Assembly: GCA_036660495.1 (NCBI GenBank) | Contig: JAVXAN010000001.1 | Coordinates: 12,688-51,467 of the forward strand | Source of the DNA: Bacilli bacterium | Lineage (GTDB): Bacteria > Bacillota_I > Bacilli_A > RF39 > UBA660 | DNA: 38,780 nt | Direction of reading: 5' to 3' | Shown: one piece after another, positions 1 to 9,500 of the stretch | Numbering within the stretch: position 1 is the stretch's first letter | How the letters are laid out: every line of letters begins with the position of its first letter | The notes under the pieces: generated by a model | The model's input: the letters and a program-made list of their open reading frames with translations, nothing else | What the model was told of the DNA's origin: nothing | Databases searched by the model: none | Position numbers and translations under genes: made by a program

Positions 1-2195
1 AATATGTAATTACAAACATTAACAATATATATGAAAAATCATTAAATATTGTTAATTTTAACATGCCAAATGGTTTTGTTATAAATAATTACGTATATAT
101 AACCGAAGCAGAGTTATTTAAAAAAAGTATGTCGACAGCTTATAAAAGTAAGTTTAAGTATGGTTCAAAAATAAGAGATATTAATAAATTAAGAATTGGT
201 GATTACGTTGTTCACATAAACCATGGAATAGGTAAATATTTAGGAATTGTAACTTTAACTTCTAATGGATTAAAAAAAGATTATATTTATTTACAATATA
301 AAAATAATGATAAATTATATATTCCGGTTGAAAAAATAGAGTTAATAAGTAAATATTCATCAAATGAAGGGATAATGCCAGGGTTAAGTAAATTAGGTGG
401 AACAGAGTGGGAAAAACAAAAACTTAGAGTTAAGGGAAAGGTAAAGGACATTGCTAAGGAGTTATTAGACTTATCAATTAAGCGATCTTCTCAAGTTGGT
501 TTTTCTTTTATAAAGGATGATGATGAACAAATAAAGTTTGAATCAGATTTTATTTATGCAGAAACTAAAGATCAGCTTACCGCTACAAATGACATAAAAA
601 AAGATATGGAATCAATTCATCCGATGGATCGTTTATTATGTGGGGACGTTGGTTATGGAAAGACCGAAGTGGCTTTTAGAGCTATTTTTAAGGCAATTAA
701 ATCTGGTAAGCAAGTAGCTTATTTGTGTCCAACAACAATATTATCAAAGCAGCATTATGAAAACGCTTTGCAACGTTTTTTTGGCTTTGGAATTAATATT
801 GAAGTTTTAAACCGTTTTGTTTCCGATAAAAAGAAAAAAGAAGTCTTAAAAAATCTTGCAAATGGTCAAATTGATTTAATAATTGGTACACACCGATTAT
901 TGAGTAAAGATATCGTTTATAAAGATTTAGGATTATTAGTAATTGATGAAGAACAAAGGTTTGGTGTTACTCATAAGGAAAAGATAAAATCATATAAAGC
1001 AAATATTGATGTATTAACTTTATCAGCAACTCCAATACCAAGGACATTGCAAATGTCTCTTACTGGAATAAGGGGATTGTCTTTAATTGAAACTCCACCT
1101 GTTGATAGATATCCAATTCAAACCTATGTTCTTAGGGAAAACGATCAAGTTATTAAAGACGCTATATATAAAGAATTATCTAGAAATGGACAAGTATTTA
1201 TACTGAATAATAGAGTTTCAAAAATGGACTCAGAAATATCAAGAATAAAAAAATTGGTTCCAGAGGCGTTAGTATCGTGTATTCATGGACAAATGAATAA
1301 AAGCCAAATTGAAGAAACTATGGAACGCTTTGTATCAAAAGAATATGATGTTTTAATTTGTACTACAATTATTGAAACGGGTATAGATATTCAAAATGCT
1401 AATACCTTGATAGTAATTGATGCAGATTGTTTTGGATTAAGTCAGTTGTATCAAATAAGAGGAAGAATTGGAAGGGGTCAAAAAATAGGATATGCTTATT
1501 TAATGTATAATAAAAATAAAGAATTAAGTGAAATTGCGGTAAAACGTTTGTCAGCAATTAAAGAATTTACTGAATTAGGAAGTGGTTATGCTTTAGCAGT
1601 AAGAGATTTATCAATCAGAGGAGCAGGGGATGTTTTAGGAATGGAACAGTCAGGTTTTATTGATACTATTGGTTATGATATGTATATTAAAATATTGAAT
1701 GAAGAAGTTTCTAAGTTAAAGGGAGAGAATGTTATAGAAGAAAATACGAGTGAAGAAAAACCTTTTATTCAAGTTGCAACTCATATTGATGATAACTATG
1801 CACCAAATGAAGAAGTAAAAATCGATCTACATAAAAAGATAAATACCATTAAAAATTATGCTGATTTTAATTCTGTTAAAGAGGAAATTAAGGACCGCTT
1901 TGGTAAAGTTGATGAAGCATTAATTGTTTATATGTTAGAAGAACTATTTCAAGCGTTAGCACCACTAAAGGGAGTTGAAAAAGTAGAACAAAAAGATAAA
2001 ATAATAACAGTTGTTTTTTCAAAAGAAAAATCAGCTGTTATTGATGGTCATAAATTATTAATTAATTTATTTAACATAACACCTAATTTTGGTATTAGTT
2101 ATCTAAAGGATAAAATTCAAATTACTTTAAAAACAAATAATTTAGATAAACACTTTATGTATTATATAATAGAAATGATTGAAAAAATTGCATAA
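1..2195 (+). CDS. mfd: Transcription-repair coupling factor Mfd, C-terminal part. The gene is 5'-truncated by the window edge: its frame is open from nt 3 with no stop before the first Met at 63.
   Basis: CarD/TRCF RNAP-interaction motif GDYVVHINHGIGKYLGI; superfamily-2 helicase Walker A GDVGYGKTEVA; DEEQRFG box; LSATPIPRTL; QLYQIRGRIGRG; C-terminal TRCF domain. I translated nt 3-62 by hand and found no stop codon. Confidence 0.93.
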   Translation, partial: YVITNINNIYEKSLNIVNFNMPNGFVINNYVYITEAELFKKSMSTAYKSKFKYGSKIRDINKLRIGDYVVHINHGIGKYLGIVTLTSNGLKKDYIYLQYKNNDKLYIPVEKIELISKYSSNEGIMPGLSKLGGTEWEKQKLRVKGKVKDIAKELLDLSIKRSSQVGFSFIKDDDEQIKFESDFIYAETKDQLTATNDIKKDMESIHPMDRLLCGDVGYGKTEVAFRAIFKAIKSGKQVAYLCPTTILSKQHYENALQRFFGFGINIEVLNRFVSDKKKKEVLKNLANGQIDLIIGTHRLLSKDIVYKDLGLLVIDEEQRFGVTHKEKIKSYKANIDVLTLSATPIPRTLQMSLTGIRGLSLIETPPVDRYPIQTYVLRENDQVIKDAIYKELSRNGQVFILNNRVSKMDSEISRIKKLVPEALVSCIHGQMNKSQIEETMERFVSKEYDVLICTTIIETGIDIQNANTLIVIDADCFGLSQLYQIRGRIGRGQKIGYAYLMYNKNKELSEIAVKRLSAIKEFTELGSGYALAVRDLSIRGAGDVLGMEQSGFIDTIGYDMYIKILNEEVSKLKGENVIEENTSEEKPFIQVATHIDDNYAPNEEVKIDLHKKINTIKNYADFNSVKEEIKDRFGKVDEALIVYMLEELFQALAPLKGVEKVEQKDKIITVVFSKEKSAVIDGHKLLINLFNITPNFGISYLKDKIQITLKTNNLDKHFMYYIIEMIEKIA

Positions 2196-2218
2196 AAACG
2201 CGTATTTTATACAATCTA
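2190..2218 (+). promoter_or_regulatory. Candidate forespore (sigma-G-type) promoter for spoVT: GCATA-17 nt-CAATCTA
   Basis: GCATA at 2190-2194 (overlapping the mfd stop), a 17-nt spacer, then CAATCTA at 2212-2218. This is a partial match to the published B. subtilis sigma-G pattern GHATR-N17/18-CATxHTA, with one mismatch in the -10. spoVT is sigma-G dependent in B. subtilis. Confidence 0.3.
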
Positions 2219-2238
2219 AATAAAGAAAGGGAGATTGT

Positions 2239-2766
2239 ATGAAAACAACGGGAATGATTAGAAGAATAGATGATTTGGGGAGAATTGTAATACCTAAAGA
2301 AATTAGAAAAAATCTGCATATTAAAGATGGTGAGTCTTTAGAAATTTTTCTAGAAGAAGAAAAAATAGTTTTACAAAAACATTCTATGATTAAACAAGAA
2401 AACGTTTTATTTAATCATTGTGTAAACGCAATATCATTAAAATTAAAATGTGAAGTTTATGTTACCAATTTAGATAAATTATTGTTTTCATCAGTAAAAA
2501 ACAAAGAGATAGGACAAGGTAAAGAAATAAGTGAGTTTCTAGAAACAATTATAAGCAGACGTGGTTTTTTTAGTGAAACAACAAAAAAAGACATTCAACT
2601 TACTGCTAATGATAAAACCAGTGGTTACTTTGAAATAAGACCGATATCTCCAAATGGTGATATTGAGGGATTGGTTATTTTTGTCTTTAAAAATCCTTTT
2701 GATACTGAATTAAATAAACTAATTGATTTTATGGTTATGTTATTACAAACTTTTTTAGAAAAGTAA
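2239..2766 (+). CDS. spoVT: Stage V sporulation transcriptional regulator SpoVT (AbrB-type swapped-hairpin N-domain plus GAF-like C-domain)
   Basis: N-terminus GMIRRIDDLGRIVIPKEIRKNLHIKDGESLEIF is the AbrB/SpoVT DNA-binding signature. SD AAGGGAG lies 7 nt upstream of the ATG. Position downstream of mfd matches B. subtilis. Confidence 0.85.
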   Translation: MKTTGMIRRIDDLGRIVIPKEIRKNLHIKDGESLEIFLEEEKIVLQKHSMIKQENVLFNHCVNAISLKLKCEVYVTNLDKLLFSSVKNKEIGQGKEISEFLETIISRRGFFSETTKKDIQLTANDKTSGYFEIRPISPNGDIEGLVIFVFKNPFDTELNKLIDFMVMLLQTFLEK

Positions 2767-2885
2767 AATGTAAAATAATGTCTAAAAACGTAGATTGTTG
2801 TCAAAAATGTTTACTGGATATTTAGAATATGTTATATTCATAATGTTGTAATTGCGGTAGAAAATCATTAGAGAGGAAGAACAAA

Positions 2886-3068
2886 ATGAACCAGAAGGAA
2901 CTTTTGGAAGTGAAAAAGAGTTTTATTATAAAAGTTAGTGTGTTTTTATTAATTCTAATTTTTGCCGGCGCTTTTTTTCTTGAAAGTCGTTCGTATTTAG
3001 ACGCAGTATATTTTGCGGCCGTATTTATCCTTTTTACAAAGTTTTTAATATTAAAATTATACCAGTAA
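2886..3068 (+). CDS. Hypothetical small membrane protein (60 aa, two predicted TM helices)
   Basis: SD-like GAGAGGAAG sits upstream of the ATG. Two hydrophobic stretches (VSVFLLILIFAGAFFL and VYFAAVFILFTKFLIL). No family recognised. Confidence 0.4.
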   Translation: MNQKELLEVKKSFIIKVSVFLLILIFAGAFFLESRSYLDAVYFAAVFILFTKFLILKLYQ

Positions 3069-3095
3069 TATGGTATAATTTTTTTGGGTGATTAT

Positions 3096-3848
3096 ATGTT
3101 AATTGATACGCATTGTCATGTTCTATCATTGGAGTACAAAGATATTGATGTGATAATCGAAAAAATTCGTTTATCAAAAGTAGATAAAATTATTATTAAT
3201 GGTTATGACTTAAAAAGTAGTATTGAAGCAGTAGAGCTTGCTAATAAGCACGCTTTTATTTATGCTGCAGTTGGTATTGGCCCTGAAAATGTAACTGATG
3301 CTTCTAATCAAGATATTATCGAAATAGCTTCTTTAGCTAAAAATAAAAAAGTTGTAGCAATTGGTGAAATTGGCTTAGATTATTACTGGACAAAAGAAAA
3401 TACTGATAAGCAGAAAGAAGTTTTTAATAAAATGCTTCAGATTGCTATTGATTTTGAATTGCCAGTTATTATTCATAATAGAAATGCTACAAAAGATGTT
3501 TATGAAATGGTAAAAAAAAGTAGGGTAACGGGAGTGCTACACTGTTTTAGTGGAAGTATTGAAAGTGCTAATGATTTTATAAAAATAGGCTTTTTAATAG
3601 GAATAGGTGGCATTGTAACTTTTAAGAATGCTAAAAAGCTAAAAGAAGTAATAGAAAACGTTGATATTAGTAATTTGGTTTTGGAAACAGATAGTCCCTA
3701 TTTAACACCAGAACCATATCGAGGAACGAAAAACAGTCCTGTATACATAGAATTTATAGCAAATGAAATTGCTAATATAAAACAGCTTTCAAAAGAAAAG
3801 GTTATTTCTATAACTGGGTCTAATGCATGTCATAAATTTGACTTATAG
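3096..3848 (+). CDS. tatD: TatD-family metal-dependent DNase/hydrolase (YabD-like)
   Basis: MLIDTHCHV, GEIGLDYYW, IHNR, LHCF and LETDSPYLTP motifs. I prefer ATG 3096 (SD GGGTGA 4 nt upstream; extended -10 TGgTATAAT at 3071-3079) over the track TTG at 3084. Confidence 0.9.
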   Translation: MLIDTHCHVLSLEYKDIDVIIEKIRLSKVDKIIINGYDLKSSIEAVELANKHAFIYAAVGIGPENVTDASNQDIIEIASLAKNKKVVAIGEIGLDYYWTKENTDKQKEVFNKMLQIAIDFELPVIIHNRNATKDVYEMVKKSRVTGVLHCFSGSIESANDFIKIGFLIGIGGIVTFKNAKKLKEVIENVDISNLVLETDSPYLTPEPYRGTKNSPVYIEFIANEIANIKQLSKEKVISITGSNACHKFDL

Positions 3849-3903
3849 CTCCTTTTATGTTAAAATTAATCACGAGTCCAAAAAAGAACTCAGAGGTGAA
3901 AAA

Positions 3904-4584
3904 GTGAAACATTTAAAAGGGAAACTTAAAAAAGCGTTAGTAATATGCATAGTTGCATTATTAGCATTAATTGGTTTTTCACAAGCAGGAATTTTATTTT
4001 CTGAAAATGGTAGAGATGTTATTACTATATCAACAACGAAGAAAATATTTGATCCAAATAAATTTGTGGCATCTATGGCTACAGTAGCAACATCAAAAGA
4101 AACTACAACGCTTCCAATTACAACAGTTCCTGTTACAACGACACAAAAGGTAACTAAAATAGTTACTACAACCAAAGATACTAAGTTAGTGTTTGAAGGA
4201 AAAACGGTTACTGAAATAGGAAGTACACTTGATAAGTCTTTATCTGGAGTGCTAAAAGGTAAAGGAAGTGCGTATGCACAGCTATCTTTAGAAAAAGGAA
4301 TGGATCCATATTTAGTAGCAGCTATTTCTGTACATGAAACTGGAAATGGAAGTAGTTCTCTTGCTAAAAATAAGTATAATTTAGGCGGAATTAAGTGCTC
4401 ATCTAATCGATATTGTTCTTATGAATCGATAGAAGATGGTATTAGTAGTTACGTTAATTTGATTTATAATAATTATTTTTCAAAAGGACTAACAACGATA
4501 GAATTAATGGCAAATAAATATGCTGCATCGCCAGCTTGGCCATCAACGGTAAATGATTGGTATAATTCATTAAAAAACAAATAA
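3904..4584 (+). CDS. Membrane-anchored peptidoglycan hydrolase with a glucosaminidase (mannosyl-glycoprotein endo-beta-N-acetylglucosaminidase/FlgJ-like) domain and a Thr-rich linker
   Basis: GTG 3904 is preceded by SD AGAGGTGA. N-terminal anchor ALVICIVALLALIGF, then Thr-rich TTTLPITTVPVTTTQKVTKIVTTT, then YAQLSLEKGMDPYLVAAISVHETGNGSSSLAKNKYNLGGIK (glucosaminidase-family Glu motif). The track start at 3823 would overlap tatD and has no SD. Confidence 0.7.
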   Translation: MKHLKGKLKKALVICIVALLALIGFSQAGILFSENGRDVITISTTKKIFDPNKFVASMATVATSKETTTLPITTVPVTTTQKVTKIVTTTKDTKLVFEGKTVTEIGSTLDKSLSGVLKGKGSAYAQLSLEKGMDPYLVAAISVHETGNGSSSLAKNKYNLGGIKCSSNRYCSYESIEDGISSYVNLIYNNYFSKGLTTIELMANKYAASPAWPSTVNDWYNSLKNK

Positions 4585-4600
4585 ATTTATTTGTTTTTTT
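4575..4600 (+). terminator. Weak AT-rich hairpin plus T-run after the glucosaminidase gene
   Basis: Palindrome aaacaaataaa/tttatttgttt centred at 4585/4586, followed by TTTTTTT. It has only one G:C pair. Confidence 0.35.
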
Positions 4601-4617
4601 AAATAGGAGGTTTTAAC

Positions 4618-5439
4618 TTGAATGCAAGGGAAATATTGGAGAATAATAAGTTTATATTTAAAAAAAAATATGGTCAAAATTTTTTGTTAGATAATAACAT
4701 ATTAAATAATATTGTAGAAGTATCAGGAGTATCAAAAGATACGCTTGTTATTGAAATAGGTGTTGGAGCGGGTGCTTTAACTAAAAAATTATCCGAAAAA
4801 TCAAAAGATGTGTTAGGGTATGAAATTGATAAAACTTTAAAAGAACCTTTAAAGCAAATACTTTCTAAATATGATAATATTAAGGTTATATTTGATGACT
4901 TTTTAAAAAGGAACTTAAATTCTGATTTAGAAAATTATAAAAGTGATGAAATAATTGTTGTTGCAAATTTACCATACTATATAACAACGCCAATAATAAC
5001 TAAGTTTATTACAGAAAAAATTAATGTTAAAAGAATTGTCGTGATGGTTCAAAACGAAGTGGCTGATAGGTTTTCAGCACAACCAGGCACAAAAAATTAT
5101 AACTCACTAACTATATTTTTAAATTATTATTTTGATATAAAAAAAGCTTTTTTTGTAAGTAGAAACGTTTTTTTTCCAAAGCCAAACGTTGATAGTGCAA
5201 TTGTTATATTTGATAAAAAACAAAATAAAATAAAGGTTGACAATGAAGAGTTTTTCTTTAAACTTGTTAAAGATGCTTTCAAACAAAAAAGAAAAACCCT
5301 AAAAAACAATTTAAATCAGTATGATTTACGTAAGTTAGAAGAGGTATTACATAAATTTAATAAAACGCTTCAATCAAGAGCGGAGTCTTTATCAATAGAA
5401 GAATTTATATTAATATCAAACGATATGAATAAACGTTAG
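4618..5439 (+). CDS. rsmA: 16S rRNA (adenine1518/1519-N6)-dimethyltransferase RsmA/KsgA
   Basis: KKKYGQNFL, EIGVGAGALT (SAM site), ANLPYYITTP and RAESLSIEEF. TTG start with SD AGGAGG 7 nt upstream. Confidence 0.95.
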   Translation: MNAREILENNKFIFKKKYGQNFLLDNNILNNIVEVSGVSKDTLVIEIGVGAGALTKKLSEKSKDVLGYEIDKTLKEPLKQILSKYDNIKVIFDDFLKRNLNSDLENYKSDEIIVVANLPYYITTPIITKFITEKINVKRIVVMVQNEVADRFSAQPGTKNYNSLTIFLNYYFDIKKAFFVSRNVFFPKPNVDSAIVIFDKKQNKIKVDNEEFFFKLVKDAFKQKRKTLKNNLNQYDLRKLEEVLHKFNKTLQSRAESLSIEEFILISNDMNKR

Positions 5440-5458
5440 TAATGTTTATTCTTTTTTT
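5428..5458 (+). terminator. Putative intrinsic terminator after rsmA
   Basis: AATAAAC (5428-5434) pairs with GTTTATT (5444-5450) across a 9-nt loop, followed by CTTTTTTT. The stem is AT-rich. Confidence 0.4.
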
Positions 5459-5484
5459 ATCATATAATTATTTAGGTGATGAAA

Positions 5485-6231
5485 ATGTTGAAAACCGGAG
5501 ATTTGGTTACTAGAAATTCGCATAACAATGATGTTGTTTTTAAAATTGTAAGAATCATTGATAACATTGCTTATTTATCAGGCGTAAATGTTAGGCTTTG
5601 TGCAGATAGTATTATTGATGATTTAACATTAATTGAAGAAGATCGTAAGATAGATGATAATGATTTTTATGCGAAGATCACTAATATTCGTTGTTTTGAA
5701 AGAAGTGAGTTTTTTTATATTCCTGGAAAAATATTACATATAGATGGTGATAGGGAATACTTAAATAGATGTTTAGAATTTTATAAAAAAGCTAATGTAT
5801 TAGCGTTTGGAGTTTATTCTCCTGAAAATCAAATGGCCGAAAATATTGAAAAGTATTTATATGATATTAATCCTGATATTGTGGTAATAACAGGGCATGA
5901 TTCCAGTACTAAAAAAAACTCTAAATATTTTTCGGACGCAGTAAAAATATGCCGTAAATATCAAAAGGATTATGATAAATTAATAATAATTTCAGGGGCT
6001 TGTCAGTCTGAGTATGAAAAATTAATAAAAGCTGGATCAAATTTTGCCTCAAGTCCTAAAAAAATAAACATTCATGCTTTAGATCCAGCAATTATTGCCT
6101 TATCACTTAGTTTAACGGATAAAAATGATGATGTTGATTTATTTAATTTGTTATCAAAAACAAGCTGTGGAAAAGATGGCTTTGGTGGAGTTAATACAAA
6201 AGGAGTTATGACAACTGGTTATCCTAGATAG
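5485..6231 (+). CDS. yabG: Sporulation-specific protease YabG (peptidase U57)
   Basis: GDLVTRNSHNNDVVFKIV, ILHIDGDREYLNRC, DIVVITGHDS and IISGACQS fit the YabG family. The rsmA-yabG-veg order matches B. subtilis. ATG 5485 is 5 nt after SD AGGTGA; the track start GTG 5476 lies inside the SD. Confidence 0.8.
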   Translation: MLKTGDLVTRNSHNNDVVFKIVRIIDNIAYLSGVNVRLCADSIIDDLTLIEEDRKIDDNDFYAKITNIRCFERSEFFYIPGKILHIDGDREYLNRCLEFYKKANVLAFGVYSPENQMAENIEKYLYDINPDIVVITGHDSSTKKNSKYFSDAVKICRKYQKDYDKLIIISGACQSEYEKLIKAGSNFASSPKKINIHALDPAIIALSLSLTDKNDDVDLFNLLSKTSCGKDGFGGVNTKGVMTTGYPR

Positions 6232-6241
6232 GAGGAATACC

Positions 6242-6445
6242 GTGGATAGAATAAGATTAAAAGTTGCTAGTTTGAAAGGTAAAAAGATTAAAATAATTAT
6301 TGATGTTGGTCGAAATAAAATAGAAGAATATGATGGCTTTGTTTTAGATACATATAAGCACATATGGACTTTTAAAACTGATACTGACATAAAAAGTTTT
6401 GCTTATAAGGATATCCTCATAAATTCAGTTGTGTTACAAGTCTAA
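6242..6445 (+). CDS. veg: Veg (small biofilm/sporulation-associated DNA-binding-like protein)
   Basis: 67 aa. LKGKKIKIIIDVGRNKIEEYDGFVLDTYKHIWTF...FAYKDIL parallels B. subtilis Veg ([33 protein letters not shown]...YSYADIL). GTG start with SD AGGAGG. Confidence 0.8.
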   Translation: MDRIRLKVASLKGKKIKIIIDVGRNKIEEYDGFVLDTYKHIWTFKTDTDIKSFAYKDILINSVVLQV

Positions 6446-6462
6446 TTAATTAGACTTTTTTG
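6438..6462 (+). terminator. Intrinsic terminator after veg (overlaps the veg stop codon)
   Basis: 8-bp stem aagtctaa/ttagactt with a 4-nt loop (centre 6447/6448), followed by TTTTTT. Confidence 0.7.
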
Positions 6463-6471
6463 TCATGTTTG

Positions 6472-6500
6472 TTGACTTTTACCTCTATTTATAGTTTAAT
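6472..6500 (+). promoter_or_regulatory. Candidate sigma-A promoter for the surface-protein operon (TTGACT-17-TTTAAT)
   Basis: TTGACT at 6472-6477, a 17-nt spacer, TTTAAT at 6495-6500. It lies between the veg terminator and the SD GGAGG at 6524-6528. Confidence 0.4.
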
Positions 6501-6536
6501 TAAGATATATCAAATACTAAAATGGAGGCAGAATGT

Positions 6537-9500
6537 ATGTTAAAAAAAATAAAACAAATTTTGCAAAAAACAGAAGATTTTTTGTCTATAGCAAAAATCA
6601 GAATTTTTAATTTTGTTCAAGAACATAAATATGTTTCCATAGGAATTATTACTTTTTTTATTTCCATAATTATTGCAATCGTTGTTTTTGCAGCAGATAA
6701 TAAGTTTAATAAAGGTGATGTAGAGAAGATAAAAATTGTAGCAGCTGGTGCGCTTGAAGGAACGGTTAAAAGTTTTAGCGAATTTGAGTTTTCTATTGAT
6801 TATACTCCAAAAGTAGTTGCTACAAAAGATGAAAATCAAACAGTTGTATTTATAGATGAGGTGGTTATAGAAGCAAATCTAGGTTCTAATAAAGAAACCG
6901 CAGTATGGAATGTTGGAAACGAAAATGCTGAGTATAAAATTAGTGATGATGGACAAAAGATAACAGCTAAAATAATTAACGTTATTTCTGACAATGTTCA
7001 AAACCAAATTTTAAATTTAAAGGTTTTAAATGGGGAGAACGGTACGGTATTGAAACCTACAATAACCATTAAAATAGGTTCGGCAGGTGATACAAAAGTA
7101 ATATCTCCTGAGTTGATTCCGTCAACTAGCATAGTTAGTACTAATGTTGATAATTCGGAGCTTAGAATAAAATTAGTAAATGGTAATTCTTATAATAAAA
7201 CTGGCTTTACTGGGAGATACGTACCTTTTGGTATCTTAGTTGGATTTGAAAATCAAAAAGGTGACGTGGATCTGAATGGGAAACTAGAAAAAAATGACGT
7301 TCAATTAATTATAAAACATGAAGCACAGTTAATAACGTTAACTGCTGAACAACAAAAAATAGCAGATTTAACTGGAGACGGAAAAGTAACTTCAGCAGAT
7401 GCTATAAAGTTATTGAGATATATTACATACCCTAATGAAAATGATATTAATTTAGAGGGTATGTACTTCAATTTAAAAAACTTAGATTTAATAATGGAAA
7501 TGAATCAAAAAGAAGAAGGTGTAAATACTTATTATCCAATTGAATTGTCAGATAATGAAACGGATTATGGATTATATAAAACTTCAATGGATTTATTTGA
7601 TAAGATGCCAAACTCAACTATGTATTTATTTGATAACATAACTAACACGAGTGTACTTCAAAAAGATTTTGTGTATGATTCGGGGGAGGTTAGTAAGTTA
7701 CAAATAGCCTCACCTTCTGGAGAAGTAATAAAAAATAGTTCATCTAGTTTTTCTCTATTAGGAGGAAATAAACAAACGTTAACTGTTGGTAATTCTTATA
7801 AAGAAATGGGTGTTTCTTTTGACGGGATAAATAGTGTTTCTTGTATAGCTGCAAATAATTGCACTACTACTTATACTCTAAATGAAAAAAAGGTTGATAG
7901 CATTGCTTCTAATGCCGAAGCAATTTATAAAATAACTTATGAATATGTTAATCCAGAAACTAAGGAAATTTCAAAAGTTATTAGAATTGTTACGTATGTA
8001 AATAAAAAAGAAGTTACCTTAGCAGGAAAAAAATATAGCATGGCTGGTCATGAAAATCTTTATCTTTTAAAAAACGAAAAATATATAGAGTCTGGTGTTT
8101 TAAGAGATGGTGTTAAGTTTAATGGTGAATCTGGAATTACTTATACTACTACAATAAAAGATTTTAAAAATGTAGAAACAACAGTAATTGATACAAGTAA
8201 ATCTGGAAAGTATACTGTTACTTATACTTTGAAAAAACAAGTTTGTGTACCCCCTACTGTTTGTGCTACACCACCATGTGCAAATACTTGTAATGATGAA
8301 GTGATTACCTTAACTAGAAACGTAATAATAACTGACCCTATTGCTACTCCTGTTTTGGAAGCAAACGACATTTATATTGCATATAAAAATCCTGGAGGTT
8401 TTGATAATAACAAAGCGCCTTTTATTATAAATGGTAATGAGAGTGCTACATGTGAAACGCCAGGTAATACTTATAATTGTAATAGTAAATTAGAAGGTTT
8501 TTCAACTAACAAGGCTGGAACATATAGAACAGTGTATACGGTAACTAGTATGGATACTGGTTTTTCATCAACGGTATCAAGAAATATAAACGTAGTTCTT
8601 AAATATAAAATGATTATAAGCAATATAAAAACCGATGGTTCTTTTTATAGGTCGGATTGCTTTTTAGCTATTGGTTCTTATTTTGTAACAGCAAAATCAG
8701 AAAGAACAAATAATTTTATGGGAAATTATAATTTAAAACTAGATGTTAATAGTGTAGTTAACGAAAGCGCTTTAAATTATTATTTTGATGAAGGAAAAAA
8801 ATCTTCAAATTTAGCATTATACAAAAAAGAAAATAGTTCTTTAACTGAGATGAAAGAATCAGAAGCTATATCGTATGGTGAAACGGTAGTTTTAAAATCA
8901 ACATTTAAATATTCTAAAAGCGGAGATAAAAAGCTAAATAAAGTAACTACAACTATAAACATACCTAATAAACAGTTTAATCTTTTAAGCTATTATAGTG
9001 ATGAAGCAAAATCAGAATATTATTTAACTGTTAATGATAAAGCAAAAACTATTGAAGATGGTAATATAAAGTATTTTTATGAAGGAAATGCTCAAGGTGT
9101 ATCATATATTGACCTTCCAAAAGATGCTATTATAACAAATGTTGAATATACGCTAAAAGATGTAAAACCAGGAAGCGATATTGATTTTAGGTTAAAATTA
9201 AAAACCATTTCGGCAAATAGTGAAACCGAAGTTACCTTAAATTCAAGATCTACGTGGGAATGTGATTATCAAAATGGATATGTTCCAATCATAACTGAAG
9301 TAACTGTTAATTCAAAAAAAGCTTTAATAACAGCTTTCAAGGCTAGAACAAACTTAACTATTAATGAAAGTAGTGCTAATGCATTTATTGATTCTACAAA
9401 AAGTCAAAAGATTCATTTGGCGGTATACCCAACAGTAACATCACCGGGATTATTTGTTCAAACTAACCTTGTTGGATCATTAAATACAGTTGATATAAGT

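Noticed and set aside
2778-2825. 15-codon Cys-rich mini-ORF MSKNVDCCQKCLLDI in the spoVT-downstream intergenic region. I considered a RiPP precursor, leader peptide or signalling peptide.
   Set aside because: No Shine-Dalgarno upstream (gtaaaataATG), no adjacent modification or transport genes, and a 15-codon ORF is easily produced by chance. Worth only a glance if ribosome profiling data exist.
3823-3903. ORF-track N-terminal extensions: 3823 for the glucosaminidase, 13789 for yabP, 14399 for divIC, 17963 for rplA, 13504 for spoVG, 27921 for tilS, 33285 for DUF1934.
   Set aside because: In each case an internal ATG, GTG or TTG has a correctly spaced SD and gives an N-terminus matching the family. 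The extension overlaps a terminator, an SD or the preceding gene.
6690-7259. Possibility that the region N-terminal to the dockerin-like insert (residues ~60-245 of the giant protein) is a cohesin, which would give a self-contained cohesin-dockerin pair.
   Set aside because: It is beta-rich, but I see no diagnostic cohesin motif by eye. The claim would be pure speculation without a profile or structure search.
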